Source: Longimicrobiales bacterium
GTDB taxonomy: Bacteria; Gemmatimonadota; Gemmatimonadetes; Longimicrobiales; Gaopeijiaceae
Assembly: GCA_963664435.2 (NCBI GenBank)
Contig: CAXXKM010000001.1
Span: 1,535,287-1,599,286 of the forward strand
Direction: 5' to 3'
Length of the DNA: 64,000 nucleotides
The position numbers and the translations under genes are program-made. The notes under the pieces are model-generated. The model did not search any database. It had not been told where the DNA came from and saw only the letters and a list, made by a program, of their open reading frames with translations. Positions 59,356 to 64,000 of the stretch are shown one piece after another (position 1 is the first letter of the stretch; every line of letters starts with the position of its first letter).

Positions 59356-62300
59356 GCGGCGTGTTGGCGGATCGCATCTCCATCCGAAGGCGCTTCGCGT
59401 GTTCGGCCAACGTCGAGCGGGATGTTGCGCGGCCGGAACCACTCGAAGGATATGTCGTCACGGCGCGGGTCCTTGACGTGCTGGACCGGATTGCCGTCAC
59501 CGCCGGAAACGGCGAAGCCGGTGGCGCGTGGTCATTGACTGGTCCGTACGGATCGGGAAAGTCCTCGCTCGCCCTTCTGATAGATGCGGCATTCGGTCCG
59601 CCGTCGCCGGCGCGGCACACAGCGCTCCGGTTGATCGGTAACGCCTCTTCGGATGTGCAAGCCGCGATCACGACGGCCCACAAGCGCCATGGGACTTGGG
59701 AGACGGGATTCAGTCGTGGAGTGGTGACGGCCAGCCGCGAGCCGATCGGCTTCACGATTCTTCGTGCCCTGCGGGCAGCCCAAGCACACGCCCCCGGGAA
59801 CAGTGAAGTCCCTGCGGTCTTGCGGGAAGAGAATGGCTCCGATGAGACAGGTGTCGGTCCAGCCCCATCCTCCATCGTCCGGACTGCATGCGCACTTGCG
59901 AAGGAGGCACCGCTCCTACTCGTAATCGACGAGTTCGGGAAGAACCTTGAGGCGGTCCGTGACGGTCACGGAGATCCCTATCTGTTGCAGCAGCTTGCGG
60001 AGGCGGGTCAGGGATCGGGACGACCGATTTTTCTGGTGACCCTACAACACCTTTCGTTCGAGGACTACTTGGCGGGGAGCGACAGGGCGGAGAAGCGCGA
60101 ATGGGCAAAGGTCCAAGGCCGCTTCGAAGACGTATCGTTCGTTGAATCCGCCGGCCAACTTCGCGCACTCATCGGGAGCGTGTTCCGGAGGAGAGACAGC
60201 GCGGTCAAGGGCCGCATCGCCCGTTGGGCCTCGCACCAAGCGACGATGATGCGTTCCGTCGGCATCCGGGAACTCGCGGAGGCGGAGGCGCTGGAGTCCT
60301 GCTACCCACTGCACCCCTTGACCGCGATGGTGTTGCCCGAACTGTGCAGCCGGTACGGGCAGCACGAGCGGACGCTGTTCTCGTTCCTGACGAGTCAAGA
60401 CCCCGCAAGTGCCGCGCGGTTCTTGGAAACGACCAGCGTACCCCCGCGCGGTCTGCTGCCGTCGCTCGGCCTCGAGTCCGTTTACGACTATTTCGTCGGC
60501 AACAGCGTACTCGGTCCGCTGTCTGGCCGCCAAGCCAGCCGATGGTCCGAAATCGCAACGCGACTGAGGGATGCCGTCGGCCTGTCAGGACAACAGAGTC
60601 GCATGGCCAAACGGATCGCCGTACTAAACCTGATCTCCACGACGGGCGTCCTTCGTGCCTCCCGGGCCGTGCTGTCGGCAACGGATGCCAACGCGGACGT
60701 AGTCTTGAGGGATCTCGAAGCGGGCGGGATCGCAACGTACCGGGACTTTGCCGACGAGTACCGGATTTGGCAGGGCTCCGACGTCGACGTACGTCGCCTG
60801 GTTGATGGCGCTCGCGCACGGATCCAGCGGAAGCCGCTCGTAGAGGTCCTTTCGGCATTCAACCCGTTGGCTCCGGTGGTTGCGGCGCGACACAGCGCCG
60901 AGAACGACGTGCTCAGGGTCTTCAAGAGACGGTACGCGGATGCAGCGGAACCCGTCGCACCCGTCGATCCCTTCTCCCATTATGACGGTGAGGCGCTACT
61001 GATCGTTGATTCGATTCATGCGACTCCGAGCCTCTCCGACGGCTCGCGCTCGGCCAAGCCAATCGTTGCCGCAATCCCGAGGGATGTGGCAGGGCTGGAC
61101 CAGGCGGCGCGGGAGGTATTGGCGGTGCGGACGAGTCTAAAGGAGCCGCTCGTAGCGGAGGATTGGGTGGCTCGCCGCGAACTGGCCGAGTGGCTCGCCC
61201 AAGCCGAGACCAATCTTGAGGCGGAGGTGCATGAGACGTTTCGCGCCGATGCGTGTCGCTGGATTCTCTTGGAGCCCGGGGGTACTACGCCGTTGCCAGC
61301 GAGGCGCGGTAGCCACGCGCTCTCGCATGCAGCCGACATGGCCTTCAAGTTCACACCGATCATCGGAAACGAGGTGCTAAACCGCACACAGCTTACGTCA
61401 CAGGGTGCTAAGGCGCGACGCCTACTTGTCAGTGCGATGATCGAGCGGGGGGACGAGCCCGACTTGGGACTCGAAGGGTATGGCCCCGAGGTTGCGATGT
61501 ACCGGGCATTCCTTCATCGAACGGGCATCCACCGTCTCACAAAGGGAGGAAACCGTCCCTCTTTCGGAGCGCCGGCCGCGACGGATTCGCTAGCGCACGC
61601 GTGGGAAGTGGTTGGAGAGCAGTTCGCGCGCGCTAAGACTCGTCGCATGAATCTCAAGCATATCCATGCGGCGCTCTTGTCGAGTCCCATCGGAATGAAG
61701 TACGGGGTTGTTCCGGTCTTCTTGACAGCCGCGTTCCTAGCCCATCGAGACGAGATCGCCATCTATGAGCACGGCACCTTCAGGCCGTTGCTGGCTCCAG
61801 AGGTTTCCGAGCGGATGGTGCGCAATCCCTACCACTTCGACATCAAGCACTTCGCGAACACCTCTGGAGCTCGGAGGCGCTTGATCAACGCTCTGGCGCG
61901 GCGGCTTGGCGTGCGTCCGGTATTCCGAAAGTACCGGGTCGCAAACGTCTTGGGAATCGCGGGGCACCTCGTTTCCCTCGTCCGGCGTCTCGACAACTTC
62001 ACGCTGCGAACACGTGCGATGAGTTCCGACGCCCGGGCGGCCCGGGCCGCCATTGTGAGTGCCGTGGAACCGGACGAACTCGTGTTCGATCATCTTCCCG
62101 GATCGTTCGGTCTGCCGATCATCCCTCCAGACGTACGGCGATATCAGGAGGAGGCCGCCTACGTCGAGCGCCTCGGTGCCGCGATGGATGAATTGGGCGG
62201 AAGGTACGCCAAGCTGCAGGACGAACTTCTGTCGAGCCTTCTACTTACCGCTGCGGAGAAGACTCGCCTGGCCGTCAGCGGTCAGGCCGCCGCCCTGGAC

Positions 62301-62795
62301 GGCGAAGTTCTCGATCCCGTAGTACGGGCCTTCGTGCTGGCTCTCAGGGGAGATCCCGCCAAGAACGACGCCGAGTGGGTGAGTACAATTGCGACGGTCC
62401 TGTCGAAGAAGGCGCCGACGGAATGGACGGACCGGGATTTCGCCCGTTTCGGACACGAACTCCGCGTGCAGGTTGCCGCATTCCAGCGCCTCGTGGCACT
62501 GCATGCCGCAGGTCGCGCCCGGGGCGGTGGGCCGTTCCAGTCGCTTCGCATCACGATCACTCGACCGGACGGCCGGGAGCACGACCGTCTCGTAGCGGTT
62601 GACGACGCCGACCGTCCCATCGCCGAGCAGGTACTCGCAGATGCTCTTGCCACCCTCGAGGGCAATCTGGGCTCGTTGGGGCAAGCTGAGAAAACACTCC
62701 TCGCGTGCCTCGGAGACCGACTGCTCCCGCGAACCAAACAAAACGATCCAGAATCAGCGACCGACTCGAGAATCAGGAGCGAGAAACATGCCTGA
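59352..62795 (+). CDS. sspC: Large P-loop ATPase (SspC-like)
   Basis: 1147 aa; GPYGSGKS, LVIDEFGKNLE, EWAKVQGRF, YPLHP, QHERTLFSFL, PIGMKYG. Confidence 0.85.
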   Translation: MSGVLADRISIRRRFACSANVERDVARPEPLEGYVVTARVLDVLDRIAVTAGNGEAGGAWSLTGPYGSGKSSLALLIDAAFGPPSPARHTALRLIGNASSDVQAAITTAHKRHGTWETGFSRGVVTASREPIGFTILRALRAAQAHAPGNSEVPAVLREENGSDETGVGPAPSSIVRTACALAKEAPLLLVIDEFGKNLEAVRDGHGDPYLLQQLAEAGQGSGRPIFLVTLQHLSFEDYLAGSDRAEKREWAKVQGRFEDVSFVESAGQLRALIGSVFRRRDSAVKGRIARWASHQATMMRSVGIRELAEAEALESCYPLHPLTAMVLPELCSRYGQHERTLFSFLTSQDPASAARFLETTSVPPRGLLPSLGLESVYDYFVGNSVLGPLSGRQASRWSEIATRLRDAVGLSGQQSRMAKRIAVLNLISTTGVLRASRAVLSATDANADVVLRDLEAGGIATYRDFADEYRIWQGSDVDVRRLVDGARARIQRKPLVEVLSAFNPLAPVVAARHSAENDVLRVFKRRYADAAEPVAPVDPFSHYDGEALLIVDSIHATPSLSDGSRSAKPIVAAIPRDVAGLDQAAREVLAVRTSLKEPLVAEDWVARRELAEWLAQAETNLEAEVHETFRADACRWILLEPGGTTPLPARRGSHALSHAADMAFKFTPIIGNEVLNRTQLTSQGAKARRLLVSAMIERGDEPDLGLEGYGPEVAMYRAFLHRTGIHRLTKGGNRPSFGAPAATDSLAHAWEVVGEQFARAKTRRMNLKHIHAALLSSPIGMKYGVVPVFLTAAFLAHRDEIAIYEHGTFRPLLAPEVSERMVRNPYHFDIKHFANTSGARRRLINALARRLGVRPVFRKYRVANVLGIAGHLVSLVRRLDNFTLRTRAMSSDARAARAAIVSAVEPDELVFDHLPGSFGLPIIPPDVRRYQEEAAYVERLGAAMDELGGRYAKLQDELLSSLLLTAAEKTRLAVSGQAAALDGEVLDPVVRAFVLALRGDPAKNDAEWVSTIATVLSKKAPTEWTDRDFARFGHELRVQVAAFQRLVALHAAGRARGGGPFQSLRITITRPDGREHDRLVAVDDADRPIAEQVLADALATLEGNLGSLGQAEKTLLACLGDRLLPRTKQNDPESATDSRIRSEKHA

Positions 62796-63636
62796 ACCCG
62801 TCCGGCACATTTGCGGGATTTCCGGGGGCAAGGACTCAAGTGCCCTCGCGGTCCACATGCGTGAGCGCATTCCGGATATGGAGTACTTCTTCTGCGATAC
62901 AGGCGCTGAACTCCCGGAGACGTACGAATACCTGACGAGACTCGAGGTGATCCTCGGCAAGCCCATCGCCCGCCTGAATGCCCGACGCGGGTTTGACCAC
63001 TGGTTCGAACTCTTTCGCGGCACCCTGCCCTCGCCGCAAATGCGATGGTGCACCAAGAACATGAAGATCAAGCCGATCGAGGAATGGATCGGCGATGACG
63101 CTGCGCTATCCTATGTCGCGATCCGCGCCGACGAGTCTAACCGGAAGGGTTACATCTCTACCAAGAAGAACATCGAGACGCGGTTTCCCTTCATTGAGGA
63201 AGGGATCGACCGTGCCGGCGTGATGCGGATCCTTGTGGATGCAGGCATCGGTCTCCCCGAGTACTACGAATGGCGGACACGCTCCGGCTGCTACTTCTGT
63301 TTCTACCAGCGCAAGGCGGAGTGGGTCGGCCTCGCCGACCGTCATCCGGAGCTCTTCGAGCGGGCCGTAGCGATCGAGCAGAAGGTCCTTCTCGAAGCTG
63401 GTGCAGATGGCGAGGCTGACTTCAGCGATCGTGCAATGCGAGGGAGGCAGTACACCTGGTCTGGTGGCGAAACACTGGTTCAGCTCCGCTCACGCCGAGA
63501 CGAGATTGTGGCCCGCCACGAAGCCGCCATGTCGCGCGCGGCAACTCGCCAGGCCGACCTCCCTCTTATCGAGGTTCTCGCCGATGCCCTTGAAGAGGAT
63601 GACGATACAACCCCTTGCACCGTCTGTGCCCTGTGA
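62788..63636 (+). CDS. sspD: PAPS reductase family protein (SspD-like)
   Basis: SGGKDS, CDTGAE, RWCT, IRADE, RSGCYFCFYQ, C-terminal CTVC; ATG after AGGAG. Confidence 0.88.
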   Translation: MPEPVRHICGISGGKDSSALAVHMRERIPDMEYFFCDTGAELPETYEYLTRLEVILGKPIARLNARRGFDHWFELFRGTLPSPQMRWCTKNMKIKPIEEWIGDDAALSYVAIRADESNRKGYISTKKNIETRFPFIEEGIDRAGVMRILVDAGIGLPEYYEWRTRSGCYFCFYQRKAEWVGLADRHPELFERAVAIEQKVLLEAGADGEADFSDRAMRGRQYTWSGGETLVQLRSRRDEIVARHEAAMSRAATRQADLPLIEVLADALEEDDDTTPCTVCAL

Positions 63637-64000
63637 ACCACATCCCCCACGAGATTGACTCCGGGCAAGCGCGCCTCGAAGTGGCGCCGTGGGGTAGTCC
63701 TCCTACGCCGCTGCTGCCACGCTGGTATCGCGACAACCTTCCCAACGTGCCGGTATCCCGAAAAATCCGTGCGGGTAATCCAGCGGTGAATAAGATAGGC
63801 GACCTTTCGACATTCTGGAACGGCAGATTGCAACCGATCGACGATCCGATCCGGCGTTCATTGCTACACATCGCGAACACCAATCCCCCGCCCTCGTCCC
63901 TAGTTGTCATACCTGCCGAAATCGACCGAGCCGAACTCTTGGGTCCACTAAGCGTGCGAACAACGAATGCCTTGGTCAGGAGCGGGTTCCTGCATCTAAC
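63633..64000 (+). CDS. Partial ORF (not in track) with RNA polymerase alpha-CTD-like motif
   Basis: GTG overlaps the sspD stop (GTGA); open to the window end; MNHIPHEID...ELLGPLSVRTTNALVRSGFLHL. Confidence 0.7.
   Translation, partial: MNHIPHEIDSGQARLEVAPWGSPPTPLLPRWYRDNLPNVPVSRKIRAGNPAVNKIGDLSTFWNGRLQPIDDPIRRSLLHIANTNPPPSSLVVIPAEIDRAELLGPLSVRTTNALVRSGFLHL

Larger units (their letters stand above)
34747..64000. mobile_element. Composite genomic island: remnants of two integrative elements plus an ICE; right end not in the window
   Basis: Three integrases with repeated end motifs, Xis-like gene, T4CP, T4SS, ArdC, CI/Cro switch and defence cargo. Confidence 0.88.

Noticed and set aside
57152..63636. 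DndABCDE or complete BREX type 4
   Set aside because: No DndB/D/E, PglZ or BrxL is visible. The gene set and order fit SspABCD better, although genes beyond the edge are unknown.

Overview
This is a GC-rich bacterial window with two parts. Gene content suggests a Gemmatimonadota-like organism, but that is inference only. Part A (1-33.7 kb) is host backbone: two amidases, a Tat-exported glycosylasparaginase, DUF1326/DUF2182, an alpha/beta hydrolase, a HicAB toxin-antitoxin pair, feoAB with a Fur-type box, a MoxR-DUF58-VWA (Bat-like) cluster, two amidohydrolases, an M28 peptidase, GlcF, GNAT, flavoprotein and OSBS/NSAR genes, an orphan GspE/PilB ATPase and a TAXI-TRAP transporter. Part B (33.7-64 kb, running off the right edge) is a genomic island. 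It opens with three tandem paralogous tyrosine integrases, each followed by the same ~67 bp att/arm-like motif and each apparently truncating its neighbour. An ICE follows, carrying a Xis-like gene, ArdC, VirB11, VirD4, a VirB2/3/4/9/10/5/6/8 T4SS and a CI/Cro-AlpA switch. No canonical HUH relaxase is visible, but there are two non-canonical candidates. Defence cargo comprises an AbiE type IV TA pair and an SspABCD-like phosphorothioation module. The Ssp module is coupled to an uncalled partial ORF with an RNA-polymerase alpha-CTD-like motif rather than a recognisable SspE. All calls are from motif recognition by eye; no searches were run.
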